Assembly (NCBI GenBank): GCA_965200155.1
Contig: CBDATR010000043.1
Location: 32,001 to 96,000 of the forward strand
Origin: Nitrosopumilaceae archaeon
GTDB taxonomy: Archaea; Thermoproteota; Nitrososphaeria; Nitrososphaerales; Nitrosopumilaceae
DNA: 64,000 nucleotides
Direction: 5' to 3'
Positions 43,174-54,429 of this stretch are shown here, piece by piece (the first letter of the stretch is position 1; each line of letters begins with the position of its first letter). The notes under the pieces are model-generated. The model saw only the letters and a program-made list of their open reading frames with translations. It was not told where the DNA came from and did no database searches. The position numbers and the translations under genes were made by a program.

Positions 43174-45624
43174 ATCCGCTTACTCACATTAGTCCTGTTA
43201 CTATCATTTACGGGACTCGCATATGGTGATGGCGCCCAATTCTTCATAATAACAGAGAACGGGAATATATTCAACATTTTTGGCCCGCCCCCGGCAAGGC
43301 CGCCGGGCTTTGACTCTGCACCATTTCTCAATGCTGAACGGATTAACACCGCGATATCAGTCACGACAGGGAGTGATGCTGTTTTCGGGCAGGCCGGTTC
43401 CATAACTACACTCCCGGCAGCCAGTAGTATGAGAGCTGCCATTATTACAGATTGGGGAACAGCATCTGATGAGTTATACTCAGCCATGTTAGTGGGGGAG
43501 TTACACAAGACCACTACTGGCCAACCCTATCTTGGTGATGGGGTGATCAGCGGTGGACTGGATTTACTAGAATATTGTAACTTGCCGTATAACTCAACGT
43601 TGGGCTTGGGTGTGGATTGTGTGAATAACTATAATGGTAATGACATGACTCCCGTTCCAAGATATGGACATGGGTATGTATTAGAGGGTATACCACCGGT
43701 TGGCCGTGCCATTGTAAATGTGGATGTGTTGTTCGGAAAATATTATGAGGTGATGTTCACCTGTCCTGGATGCACAGATGAGTCAAGGGCATATTTTATA
43801 GAGAATGTTCTGAGCATGCATCAGTTCGGTGACGCCGGATTCAGGGATAGTCCGGGCCTAACATTCACACCGGACGCGCCCTTCAAATTCGACCAAACCA
43901 CTCTTGCCGGTCTAGCACTCGTTCCCGGCACGAATCAACCTGGTCGGGATGCAAATAACATTGGTGCATGGAACTGTACCGCCACCGACTGTGACTATGG
44001 AAGTATTTATGCGACTAAGTGGAAATCACTACTCCCTGGATGGAATAGCATACAGCATGGAACACCCGGAAACTTTGCGATCATAACGATTGATCCCGGA
44101 ACGGGTGCAAAACTCCAGTTACGGGAAGGGAATAGTACGGATGGCTCCTGCTGTTTTGGCTTTGATGGAGGCTTGTACAATCATATTGGAAGTGCCGCGG
44201 TAATCCATGATACCGACAGGCATGTAATGATAGTCCCGAACGGCGGCTCCATACCACATGAGAACCCCATTATTCTAGATGAGCAGAAACTCCAGCAAGA
44301 ACGTTTACTCAACACACAAGTCGGGTCAGTACCAAGACAGTTCTCGCATAGCCAGGATGGTGACCCACTATACAATGGACTATACTATGATGAGAATGGT
44401 TCATGGCCGCCATATCATGTTAGACTGGTTGACGCGGTTCAGACAGACTTTTCACAGAAACCGTTCAACATTAACGACTACTTGGGCAAGGGTAATTACA
44501 CCAATGATGACATGATAAGAATACTCAGGGGTTCCTACCCAATCAATGATCCCATGGATTCGGAAATCTATGACATAAGAAATGATGTCATGTTACGTGG
44601 TGGTAGTGGAACGTTCCAGTACTGGGACGGCGATGATGTAAAACGACCATATATTGATCCCTGGATGAGACTCCAAAAGAACCCCGTATGGGAAGAATAT
44701 GGTGTGACCCTACCACAGAATAGTTTTGTTATAGTCGACACCTATGCAACCATTCCAGTAGTAAAGCCAACACGACTAAGTGACACATACCTCTCCAGTA
44801 CACCATGCGGATTGCCGGGAACAGATGAGGTGAACCGCCTAAATGTGATAGCCGCGTCAAACTCTGGCGGGTATGATGCTAGTGTGATTGAATTCTTGGT
44901 TCTCGCCGACGGTTCCGGCCCCATTGAGACCAACCTAAAACTGCAACTAATCTATGAGGCCAGTCGTACATACCTGGACTACATAGACGGGAACTATCTG
45001 GCCGGTGACTCCATTCATGTACCGATTCTGCCTAACAGGCCATACCTGTGTACCATTATAGCCCCAAACATACTGGAATCACAATTCCTCCTGGCTACCT
45101 TGCCACATGGCCAGTCATATATCTCACTGGGCGGCATTGAGGGAGTAGTGCCGGTGTCCGCCGAGTATGTCCAATATATGGGCGTGCAGTCACCGCGGGA
45201 TGGTACCATTTCCCTGGACATATCAAGTAGAATAGGTGCCAGTGTTAGCGCCTTTGGAAAGGGACCAATAGGCGCCAATAATACTCAGTGGACGAATGGC
45301 TCCATACCCGTTCTTGCAACCATTACAGTAAAGGGGAATGAGAGTCCGTTACTATCATTTTCGATAGACACATTTGATATAATAGAAGAGGAGTATAATG
45401 ATGATGGAGCCAACTGTTATGGCCGGTTCGTCACTGACATTGATTCATCCACATACGTGCAGAGAACCGTATCCATTCCCGCTTCTTTGGGCGAGCACAT
45501 TCCAATCGAACTGAAAATAATCACACAGGACACACTGACTGACATTCCCTTCTGTGGCGGAGTGACAAAGGAGAGTATTCTCATCCAATATATCTTACAT
45601 ACCTTTGCCATTGATGTTAGGTAA
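43171..45624 (+). CDS. Large secreted/surface protein, paralog 1
   Basis: Signal peptide; ITENGNIF, CPGC, YDIRN and HVPILP motifs shared with paralogs 2 and 3. Confidence 0.75.
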   Translation: MIRLLTLVLLLSFTGLAYGDGAQFFIITENGNIFNIFGPPPARPPGFDSAPFLNAERINTAISVTTGSDAVFGQAGSITTLPAASSMRAAIITDWGTASDELYSAMLVGELHKTTTGQPYLGDGVISGGLDLLEYCNLPYNSTLGLGVDCVNNYNGNDMTPVPRYGHGYVLEGIPPVGRAIVNVDVLFGKYYEVMFTCPGCTDESRAYFIENVLSMHQFGDAGFRDSPGLTFTPDAPFKFDQTTLAGLALVPGTNQPGRDANNIGAWNCTATDCDYGSIYATKWKSLLPGWNSIQHGTPGNFAIITIDPGTGAKLQLREGNSTDGSCCFGFDGGLYNHIGSAAVIHDTDRHVMIVPNGGSIPHENPIILDEQKLQQERLLNTQVGSVPRQFSHSQDGDPLYNGLYYDENGSWPPYHVRLVDAVQTDFSQKPFNINDYLGKGNYTNDDMIRILRGSYPINDPMDSEIYDIRNDVMLRGGSGTFQYWDGDDVKRPYIDPWMRLQKNPVWEEYGVTLPQNSFVIVDTYATIPVVKPTRLSDTYLSSTPCGLPGTDEVNRLNVIAASNSGGYDASVIEFLVLADGSGPIETNLKLQLIYEASRTYLDYIDGNYLAGDSIHVPILPNRPYLCTIIAPNILESQFLLATLPHGQSYISLGGIEGVVPVSAEYVQYMGVQSPRDGTISLDISSRIGASVSAFGKGPIGANNTQWTNGSIPVLATITVKGNESPLLSFSIDTFDIIEEEYNDDGANCYGRFVTDIDSSTYVQRTVSIPASLGEHIPIELKIITQDTLTDIPFCGGVTKESILIQYILHTFAIDVR

Positions 45625-45639
45625 TGATATAGCACTAAT

Positions 45640-46070
45640 GTGGTGTCAAAAACTACAGGAGATGTCAGTTTTCCACTCCATGATCAGCCACCCGCTGCAA
45701 GATATTCCTGGTTGCATTGATATCATCTTGGGTCTCCTGCGTATAGTAACCGGTTCATTTGTCCCTTAGTGATTCCTTGGAATGGTGCGCGCACACGTCT
45801 GGCTGGTATTCTAGGAATGGGAGTGAAAGTCTATCCCCCTGACCTCACACTTCCGGCGGAACTCTCCAACGCGACTCTCGCGCATCGTTCCATTCATTCC
45901 ACGTTTAACAAGTGTCCTATGTAACCAGGAGTCTAACGCGGATATCAATGCGACATTTAGTAACAGGTTTCCTGCATGGGGCAACAGAGTATCGTCCTGG
46001 AATCGATGTCCACACCGGACCAAAGGTGCCATTATTCATGTGTGGAAAACCGATGTAGGTTTTGGTGTCA
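45640..46070 (-). pseudogene. IS200/IS605 TnpB remnant
   Basis: GEFRR..CEVRGI, NTSQTCA and DINATRNILQR fragments in different frames. Confidence 0.6.
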
Positions 46071-46141
46071 CATTATACGAATCCATAAGCAGGCAATCCC
46101 CTGACAGCCCATTAACGGAGCAATGATGTAATTATTATAGC

Positions 46142-48844
46142 ATGATCCCACTAATCCCCGTGATAATGGCAGCCGGGGCGCTGTCAGTCGGAATAATATT
46201 GTATGGGGCGGGCGCCGCCATGGAGTTACAGGAACTGTATGATGGTGCCGCGGATAATATACATGAGCGGGAGCAGGAGTTGCTGTCTGGACGGTATGAG
46301 ACCAATGCGCCACCAAACATTCAGGGGGCAGTGATAACCAGTTCATGGACAGATGACTCTATCATTACTGGATTCGTGATAACCTGCAATGATTTGGTGC
46401 ATACCGTTCCAGCTGATATCCCGGTGGCCGGGGGCGTGGTCTTTGGCTTGAATTCCACTCACCTGAGTGACATAAACGGCAAAACCGGTCTGTGTGGTAA
46501 CTCAATAACACTAGAGTTGCTTACAAAGCGGGGCAACCTCTTTGAGATTGTTTCCCCGGACCGTGATCCAACAACTGATGTGGTATCAACACCCTACATA
46601 GAGTACCAGAGGGTGGGGGGACTGGTAGCCAACGGTAACCAGATAGTAGAGGCCGCACAGTATAATCATGTCGGTGCCGGTGTTACTTATATCATAGATG
46701 ACTGGGGCGACTCTCTCACTTATGGTATACCCAACTGGGCACCCCTCCAGGGTGTAATGAGGCTGAGCCCTGTTCCTCACCTGTATCTGGGGCAGTTATA
46801 CACAACACCACCAGGCATAGAGGCCGTGAATAGTGTAGAGGTGATTGCCGGTGATGTGAGATTCACCAATACAACTGATGCAACCCATGGCAAGTACCAC
46901 AAGTTCGCCGGGACAGGCCGTGTAATGGTTCACCTGAATGATAATAATAATCACTTTGTAATTCACATGGTATGTCCGGATTGCCACGAGGATACGCCCG
47001 CGGTTATAGGTGGCATACCAACAACGAGCGGCACTTCTGACAGTACGAGCCTGGGGACCGGAATAGTGAGTTCGGGAACATCTTTCCCCTGCACCATTAA
47101 TGGGATAACACATCCCGGTTGCGGTCTCCATCCGGTTCACACGAATAATAGGGAGTGGCCCCTAAGGCCGGTACCGAAAATAACACTCAGTCATGTAGAG
47201 AATCCAGGCATAAACGGGACCGTTCTGCATATAACAAACTATAATACCTGTCCCGGTGCCGCCCATGATAATACCATTCTGGACTCGCTGAACTCGACTC
47301 ATTTCAGGCTACTATCAAATGGTTGTATCATGAAAAATTATTCTTATGAGTGGTGGGATGGTGATATCAAACTATATGACTCATTGCCGATTCGGCCAGG
47401 CTTGTCAACATGGCAAAATCCGTCCGGACACAACCCCACAATCATTCTAAACATGCGGGGCGGCCAGATTCTCTTACAGATATGGTCTGTGACTCAGGTA
47501 CAATACTATAATGACATATTCAACCCCACTTTTACTATCACGCCAAGGACTGGTGATAATACCAAGCTATTCGTGATTCATGATGCCATGGCGCATCTTG
47601 GTGTGTATGCCATCTCTGACTTGCATGACATGAAGAATCATGTCCAGACATACCCGCAACTACTCAAGAATGGAACGGTTTACAGATTCTCACATAGCCC
47701 CGGAATGGACAAGACCGGCGGGTTATTGGGCCACGACTGTATGCGGGGCTTCAAGTACTGCATGACTGTATTTAATGCACCACGACTGCCAAGTGTGAAT
47801 AATGCACAAGGTATAGTCTATGACACCCGTAATGCCATAGAACTGAATCGTGATGCACTAGTTCACAATAGGAATAATGTGTTCACCACGAATAACCCGA
47901 CTCCGGGCGAGGTAAAATATGACTCAACTACTCTAGAATTGATACAGGCATACGGAGTGATACCAATTACAGGCGGTGTAAAGGTAGATGAGTTATACAT
48001 TATACCATCATTCCATAGTAACGGGTGTGACCGATATATCGACAAGACGACATCCCCCCATACATGGACTGCCTCTATGTCACACTCTGGATGGTTACGA
48101 TTACAATACCTGGAGACACATTACGGCAGGGATAACCCCTCACTAAACGTCCCACTACTGCCTAATTTCGGGACACTATGCATGAGAACTCATGGTAATG
48201 AGGAATTCAGGCAGTTCAAGATGGATGACTTTTTCATTCAGGGATCAGCCGCATCATTTGGTGGGACAAAACACACCCATACGGTAACGGGCACGCTTTC
48301 GAATAATCCAACCACAGGTAACATTTCGGTACTGGATACTGATGTAACCCTGCTTGGCAGTGGCACTACAACGATGGATCTTGCCGTCGATATGGCTGGC
48401 CGGGTCGTGATAAGTGGTGTTGTGGATAATGGTGGCTCTGCACCAGACGGGAATGGTTCTGCCAACTGTAACTGGAGTAATAACAAGCCGCCCCGATCTG
48501 CACCGTTACAGAAAGTCACACTATTTGTGACGGTGAATGTGAATGTACCGGGAAGTAACGACTACAATGAACAGTTCTTCCATGAAGTACCGCTTTCGGC
48601 CAGCCCGGCACCAACTAGTGTCGGCGAGGATTGTAGGCATGTATCAATTGCAGAGTTCCAGTATCCGGCAGAATTCAAGACAATACCACTCACGTATGGT
48701 AGTAATGCGGACATAAAGGTGACAGTTGAAACAAAGGTGGTATTCGCGCATGGTTCCTCGCCGCTTTATGCCGGTGGTTCTCCCACTGAGACCCTATACG
48801 TTGAGACCATTCTAGAGCAGTTAACATTGGTGGTGAACAATTGA
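46142..48844 (+). CDS. Large surface protein, paralog 2, with an archaeal pilin-like N-terminal domain
   Basis: Hydrophobic N-terminus, EREQELL and LLTKRGNLF; then CPDC, YDTRN and NVPLLP. Confidence 0.7.
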   Translation: MIPLIPVIMAAGALSVGIILYGAGAAMELQELYDGAADNIHEREQELLSGRYETNAPPNIQGAVITSSWTDDSIITGFVITCNDLVHTVPADIPVAGGVVFGLNSTHLSDINGKTGLCGNSITLELLTKRGNLFEIVSPDRDPTTDVVSTPYIEYQRVGGLVANGNQIVEAAQYNHVGAGVTYIIDDWGDSLTYGIPNWAPLQGVMRLSPVPHLYLGQLYTTPPGIEAVNSVEVIAGDVRFTNTTDATHGKYHKFAGTGRVMVHLNDNNNHFVIHMVCPDCHEDTPAVIGGIPTTSGTSDSTSLGTGIVSSGTSFPCTINGITHPGCGLHPVHTNNREWPLRPVPKITLSHVENPGINGTVLHITNYNTCPGAAHDNTILDSLNSTHFRLLSNGCIMKNYSYEWWDGDIKLYDSLPIRPGLSTWQNPSGHNPTIILNMRGGQILLQIWSVTQVQYYNDIFNPTFTITPRTGDNTKLFVIHDAMAHLGVYAISDLHDMKNHVQTYPQLLKNGTVYRFSHSPGMDKTGGLLGHDCMRGFKYCMTVFNAPRLPSVNNAQGIVYDTRNAIELNRDALVHNRNNVFTTNNPTPGEVKYDSTTLELIQAYGVIPITGGVKVDELYIIPSFHSNGCDRYIDKTTSPHTWTASMSHSGWLRLQYLETHYGRDNPSLNVPLLPNFGTLCMRTHGNEEFRQFKMDDFFIQGSAASFGGTKHTHTVTGTLSNNPTTGNISVLDTDVTLLGSGTTTMDLAVDMAGRVVISGVVDNGGSAPDGNGSANCNWSNNKPPRSAPLQKVTLFVTVNVNVPGSNDYNEQFFHEVPLSASPAPTSVGEDCRHVSIAEFQYPAEFKTIPLTYGSNADIKVTVETKVVFAHGSSPLYAGGSPTETLYVETILEQLTLVVNN

Positions 48845-51657
48845 GGGCTGTAATCATTCTAGTCATCATTCTAGTATTCATTCCGCCGGTATATGCGTAT
48901 GACGTACAATTCCATTTCATAACAGAGAACGGGAACATCTTTCTACTATCTGGTCCTGATGAGCCAAGGCCGCCTAATATCATAGGTGAGACCGCATTTC
49001 TCAGTGTTGATAATCCTCCCGCCGGTATGTTCATTGTTACATCGAATAATGGAACGATTCAAAGAGTTACACCATTACAGACAGGGATAGACGTGAGTGA
49101 TTATTCCGGTAGTGATAGAGTAAGAGTCATCACTTATACTGATTGGAACGGTGGCAGTGTTAGAGAATTCCGTGATCAGCCATTCGGGACACTCTCCAAC
49201 GGCATTAATGGAATGTACCATTCTAATAGTATGGGATTAATCGCCGATTACAGTAACTATACAATGATGTCGGTGATTGATTCGTCCCGTTTTGATCTGG
49301 GTAGTGGCTCTGATAATACACTTGGTACACTAACACAGGGGAGTAACGGTGAATACACCATTAACATGGCAACAATGAATCGTGCAGGTCTTAATTTCGG
49401 GCCGGGATCTGATGCCACTTACTACATCTATTGGGGCTGTAGGGATTGCAATACAAATGTGGTTGTGGGATTCGGTGGCTCATCTGATCAGGCAAGACTG
49501 CCGAATGATCATCATCCAAGAGGTTGGGAATCAACACAGTCATGTGGTGTATCTGATACTGACACCTGGTCTACCAATTCGGGAACCATAGATGTTGATT
49601 ATCATATACCCTCAGAGGAACACAGTCAGGCAGGCGATTACACCATAAGTAATAGGTATGATGACTTGTCCATTCTACCACAGCATCATACTAGTTCTAC
49701 TTATACAGATGAGACAGATGATAACCGCCGGTTCGACATGGATATTATAGCTATAACCACGTCAACACCCAGAAGTGAGTATCTATTCTCATGCTCCGGA
49801 ACTATCACCGTTGAGACATGTGATGAACATGGGAGTAATTGTACGACTCAGTCAAGTAGTGGTAATTCCGGTACCACTACACGTTATACAGATGGCTCAT
49901 GTACTAATGAGATGAGTTCTCAGAGATCATCATCCCACATGGGCTACATTGCATCTGCTGATTGTACTGCTGGACCTGCACCATCTAAACCAGCTGATAT
50001 CAACAACCGTAGCAGTCCTGTAGATATGGGTGGCAACCAAACCAGAGTAACTACAAGAACATGTAACTATAATAGCAGTCCTACACTAATGGGTACAACT
50101 GCAACCATAAGTACAACATGTGATTTACACATACAGACCCCACACTTAACATTGAATGAGTCTCTAACAGTGAAGCCGGGTTTGAACATATACAGGCCGG
50201 ATTCCAGCTTCATAAACCAGAACCTCACTATAATAATGGATGACACAGAGAATGGTGGCGGGCAGAATGAGCGTATACAGGTATTCCACGGGCCGGATGA
50301 TATTCTAACAGGTCCATACGACTTTCATTTGAGAACGCCGGAATCCGGTATACTATATGATGATCATGACCACTATGGATGGATAGACCATACCAAATCA
50401 TATACAACCGAGATGCTAGAACAACTAGGATACACCATTAGAGTGTCGATGGCCGGATTCAATGACGGACTGGGTACTAGTGGGACGGAACCATACAACC
50501 CCGGCCAGCGACTATGCCATGGTGACTGTCTGTTAGGCCTGGAAGGGATTGACGGGGAGAAGCCAAGACTCATGGTCTTGAGGCAATCACCACCAAGTCA
50601 TGGAGTCGTTCTAAATGGATTAATCTATGATCACAAGAATAATGACTGGTATAGTAGTGGATTCGGGTATGGTACTGATGGACTAGTCACTGCAACATCA
50701 CTATACCTTACCGTTCCCTTCTCTGTTGATACCACTCTAGTGAATGTGTGGTTATTCAATGAGAACTTTGATCCAACACAACAACTCATATCACCGAATG
50801 ATGCATTGTCTCCCACAGCTGATCTATGTCACTTACGACAGGCAGGCCAAATTGAAATATTTGATGCCGGTCCCACCACCATATCAGCCGGGAACAGTAT
50901 TCACATACCTATTCTACCTGAAATGCGCTATTCAGCATTCATAGGAAATGGTGAATGTCACTGGTATGATATTGCCTCACTGCCTTCACCATTATCTAGT
51001 ATATCATCCGGTGCAAGAATGGTTCCATTGAATAACGGGACTATTCTAGGCGGCACGTTAACCGTAAAGCATGACGGACAGGCACATGTAGATATCATTA
51101 CTGACTTGCGTGCCGTTTACCAGTCCGAGATGTACGGGGATGTCATTATAGGAACACCGGCAGATATAACACAGTGGTCCGTCCCGCCCCTGAAAGTAAA
51201 CGTGACTGCAATAGCCCAGGTGAACGGGCTGGGAAGTTCCTGTGGTGATACCGGCATGTATTGTTCCCAGCCTATCACTCTAGTGAATAGCAGCGCTCCT
51301 CATATAGGCACATACATTCATGGCTCGGTTATGTCTGGTTCATTCACACATGATGAACCATACGGGATTGCCCCCACATCTGGTGCCGGACAGGATGAAT
51401 ATGGATTTGTAAATGGCCGGTGTTACGGACTGGAAACCATAATAGCTGATACAGGCGGCATTATTGCAAGAAGCATACCGGGAATACCTGTCAATGCCGG
51501 TGACACTATTGCTCTGTCATTTAATGTAATTGTGATCAGCCCAAGAACCATTCCCGGACTAATCGAGACAGAAACTACAGGTGAGATTTGTGATATAAAA
51601 CTGACCGAGCAGTCACTAATACTTGATGTCAGTACCATGACTGCCACACTGCGTTGA
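48841..51657 (+). CDS. Large secreted/surface protein, paralog 3, with a Cys/Ser/Thr-rich insert
   Basis: Signal peptide; FITENGNIF, CRDC, YDHKN and HIPILP; overlaps the previous stop. Confidence 0.75.
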   Translation: MRAVIILVIILVFIPPVYAYDVQFHFITENGNIFLLSGPDEPRPPNIIGETAFLSVDNPPAGMFIVTSNNGTIQRVTPLQTGIDVSDYSGSDRVRVITYTDWNGGSVREFRDQPFGTLSNGINGMYHSNSMGLIADYSNYTMMSVIDSSRFDLGSGSDNTLGTLTQGSNGEYTINMATMNRAGLNFGPGSDATYYIYWGCRDCNTNVVVGFGGSSDQARLPNDHHPRGWESTQSCGVSDTDTWSTNSGTIDVDYHIPSEEHSQAGDYTISNRYDDLSILPQHHTSSTYTDETDDNRRFDMDIIAITTSTPRSEYLFSCSGTITVETCDEHGSNCTTQSSSGNSGTTTRYTDGSCTNEMSSQRSSSHMGYIASADCTAGPAPSKPADINNRSSPVDMGGNQTRVTTRTCNYNSSPTLMGTTATISTTCDLHIQTPHLTLNESLTVKPGLNIYRPDSSFINQNLTIIMDDTENGGGQNERIQVFHGPDDILTGPYDFHLRTPESGILYDDHDHYGWIDHTKSYTTEMLEQLGYTIRVSMAGFNDGLGTSGTEPYNPGQRLCHGDCLLGLEGIDGEKPRLMVLRQSPPSHGVVLNGLIYDHKNNDWYSSGFGYGTDGLVTATSLYLTVPFSVDTTLVNVWLFNENFDPTQQLISPNDALSPTADLCHLRQAGQIEIFDAGPTTISAGNSIHIPILPEMRYSAFIGNGECHWYDIASLPSPLSSISSGARMVPLNNGTILGGTLTVKHDGQAHVDIITDLRAVYQSEMYGDVIIGTPADITQWSVPPLKVNVTAIAQVNGLGSSCGDTGMYCSQPITLVNSSAPHIGTYIHGSVMSGSFTHDEPYGIAPTSGAGQDEYGFVNGRCYGLETIIADTGGIIARSIPGIPVNAGDTIALSFNVIVISPRTIPGLIETETTGEICDIKLTEQSLILDVSTMTATLR

Positions 51658-52234
51658 CTCATGACCGTTCTTATGGGGGCGATAATCCCATGGCGACTTT
51701 CCAATCTGTCGTTGGGCACGGCTATAATGGGGTATAGTCACTCTGAGTCCCCAATAGGATGGTGAGGGATTAGAATAAACCTAAAGGGGATCCGGGGCTC
51801 GCCGCCTGTGAGATGGGATACCTGTGTTGAATAATTGGAAATCGATAATTGACACTAAAACAGGCATAGTGTGGGCTATATGGTGCAGATGGTTCTCATC
51901 TCCATTTGATATATGTCGGCAACCTTGTCAGTTTTGACTCCATTATCGGTGTGAATCTACAGTAGTGAGCCTGCCGATACATGCCGCATTATTTGGGGGC
52001 AGTTTTGTTATCTCTTGGTTATGGGCGGCCTGTGTTACATTGTATCAACCACACAGTTCTAACATTCCTGGTTATGTTCCATTTTGTCCAAGCAACCACT
52101 TCGGAACGTCCAATGATAGTCCCAAAAGATGTTTAATTGATACTTCCGGATGTTTTTTCAGTGATCCTTGGATATTTTGAGGCCACCCTGACCTGTCGTA
52201 AAATATTACTTCCTCAATGAAGCCCATGATTCTG

Positions 52235-53179
52235 CTATGTTGAGCACGCCGACCAGCCACAGGAACAGGACATACATGACTCTGTCCTGATCAACACGCC
52301 ACCACAACTAGGACAGCCGCCCCTGTATGGCGTGTCCTCCCAGATATCATCCTGTTTCCCATATATGGCCGTGGGTACCCAGTTCGGTATCACTTTTGTT
52401 ATGATTCTGTGAATGACATGATGATCCATACCCGGTGGTATTATAACACCGGGCCCTGATGCGCCCTCCCATGATTCCAGGAACCGGGCGGCTCTCAGGG
52501 CGGTCTCGGCCAGTTCAGGTAGTGGTATCTTACTCATGTCCAGCATCCCGCCGAACCGCCCCTCCCGGATCAAGCAACCGGTATACAGACATGCCATTTC
52601 AAAGACATTACGAAATGAGTCCGGCGAGTCATTCCAGTTGACATAGAGGGCGAACTTGTTCGTATATGTTAGAACATGCAACTGCTCCTGTATCATTGCC
52701 GGTATTGTAACACGGTACGGCCCGTTGTACCGGCCCTCCATGATTATTACATCATCTGGTATGAACCGGCCCGATAACACCAAGTCAGAACAGTCAGGCT
52801 CAATCCGCTCTATCGCTGTTCTAATACTGGCCGGATTGGTTGCCGCCCCTCTTAACATGGATAATGTGGATGCCTTGATATGTTTCAATGACTCATCGAT
52901 GCCCCCTGTAATGGTGGCCCGTTTTTGTCTCTCCACTCTCCTGCTGGCACGATACTCGATGTAACGCCTGCACGCATTGTATAGCCCGGCGCGCATCATT
53001 GTCTCCTCTGTTAGATTCCCCAGAATGGTAACATTTAGTGGTGGACGCGCCATTCTAGTGACATCCGCGGCCAGCTTTGCCGCTATCTCCGGCTCCACCC
53101 CTGCCTGTATCATTGCCTGACATATCTTGGACTCATCATACTTAGTAACGGTACCGTCACGCTTTACACAGGTAAGCAT
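52235..53179 (-). CDS. ATP-cone protein resembling a drastically shortened class II ribonucleotide reductase
   Basis: VKRDGT..YDESKI ATP cone; SGRFIP and AARFLE echoes; C-terminal CPSCG..ESCMSCSCGWSAC zinc ribbon. Confidence 0.7.
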   Translation of the reverse strand: MLTCVKRDGTVTKYDESKICQAMIQAGVEPEIAAKLAADVTRMARPPLNVTILGNLTEETMMRAGLYNACRRYIEYRASRRVERQKRATITGGIDESLKHIKASTLSMLRGAATNPASIRTAIERIEPDCSDLVLSGRFIPDDVIIMEGRYNGPYRVTIPAMIQEQLHVLTYTNKFALYVNWNDSPDSFRNVFEMACLYTGCLIREGRFGGMLDMSKIPLPELAETALRAARFLESWEGASGPGVIIPPGMDHHVIHRIITKVIPNWVPTAIYGKQDDIWEDTPYRGGCPSCGGVLIRTESCMSCSCGWSACST

Positions 53180-53421
53180 TCTTTACCACACCCATGAGTT
53201 CTTTTGGCTAACGCGGGTATCATGTTCGCTGCATCAGCCTTCATTATATTACCACACTTCTTACACATGTATGATATGATGGTCCCGCTAATGCCGGTAA
53301 ACCCACTGAAACCATCACAGGAATGCCTGATGGAATAGTTCGATACCTGGTCAGGCACATTCCCGTATGCCGAGAACTGATCCTTGCACTGATCACAATA
53401 GTATGAAATGGTTATCTTCAC
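53164..53421 (-). CDS. Small double zinc-ribbon protein
   Basis: CDQC..HSC and CKKC..HGC; overlaps both neighbouring genes. Confidence 0.65.
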   Translation of the reverse strand: MKITISYYCDQCKDQFSAYGNVPDQVSNYSIRHSCDGFSGFTGISGTIISYMCKKCGNIMKADAANMIPALAKRTHGCGKECLPV

Positions 53422-53951
53422 TATTCCATGACACCTATATCTACTAGTTTGCCATGTAACTGATTCACAGCTTCTGAAACGGCATTAATTGAGTTAGCCC
53501 CCACACATACAACATTTCCGGTGGCGAATAACAACATGGTACAGTCGGGCTTTCTCCATCGTATTATAACACCACTAAAGTGTTCCGGCTCATAGATTGT
53601 TCGAGGTATGAAACGGACCACCTGACTTAGGTCAATGCCTTGTGAGAATTTGGATGTAGCCACAACATTACAAATGTACCGCGTGACATTTCCCACTGGT
53701 ATATCGTGCTTCTTTAACGTCTCTATCATGGTATCCATGGCGCCAAAGGCTATTTCCGCGGTGGGCGCCCCGACAGCCACCATTTTTCCAGAACTGAATA
53801 CCATTACCGTCGTTCTATTGATTCTGAAACGGGCGGCGGGAAACTGTTCCGGCTCATACTCGGTACCCTCTATCTGGTGAACCGTATCCAGGGACAGCGT
53901 GGTGCCAATATATCCCGCGCATACTATATTGTGCGGCTTTATTTCAATCAC
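53421..53951 (-). CDS. tbp: TATA-box binding protein (divergent)
   Basis: Two repeats: NIV..YEPEQFPA..FSSGKMVAVGA and NVVAT..YEPEHFSG..FATGNVVCVGA. Confidence 0.92.
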   Translation of the reverse strand: MIEIKPHNIVCAGYIGTTLSLDTVHQIEGTEYEPEQFPAARFRINRTTVMVFSSGKMVAVGAPTAEIAFGAMDTMIETLKKHDIPVGNVTRYICNVVATSKFSQGIDLSQVVRFIPRTIYEPEHFSGVIIRWRKPDCTMLLFATGNVVCVGANSINAVSEAVNQLHGKLVDIGVME

Positions 53952-54429
53952 GGCGATTCAGAATATCACTCCCTTAAAAGGCGGGTCATACACTGGAATG
54001 ATACGTGGAAAAGAGCCATTCTAGTCCTGCTTGAAATCAATGGCGGTCACCATTCTCTGGTACATTGATGAGAAAAGTGCGTACTGTCCGCAAAAGCCTC
54101 ACTGAATTAAAAACCATCATTTCATGAAATGGGTTCTTTGATTGTATTCGTGACTTCTACCTGGATGTGCATGATTTCCGCCCTGAAAATAACCGGCATT
54201 ATTCCACGACAATGTGGGTACAATCCTGACGCTTACCATTTCCACAACCCTTGTCATATCTGGTGGGTCTTGCATCCATGACAAGAGTGATGCGGGAATA
54301 GTATAAACCGGTTAATACATAAAGAATATACCTTTCATGTTTTGTAGCTAGAAGAATAGAATCATAGTATAATTATGAAACGTAAATGTAGTGGATTAAT
54401 ACTAGACATAGAGGGTGAGCTTGTATGCA

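Noticed and set aside
43171-51657. Diversity-generating retroelement targets or virion structural genes
   Set aside because: No reverse transcriptase, no TR/VR pair, and no capsid, portal or terminase motif recognised
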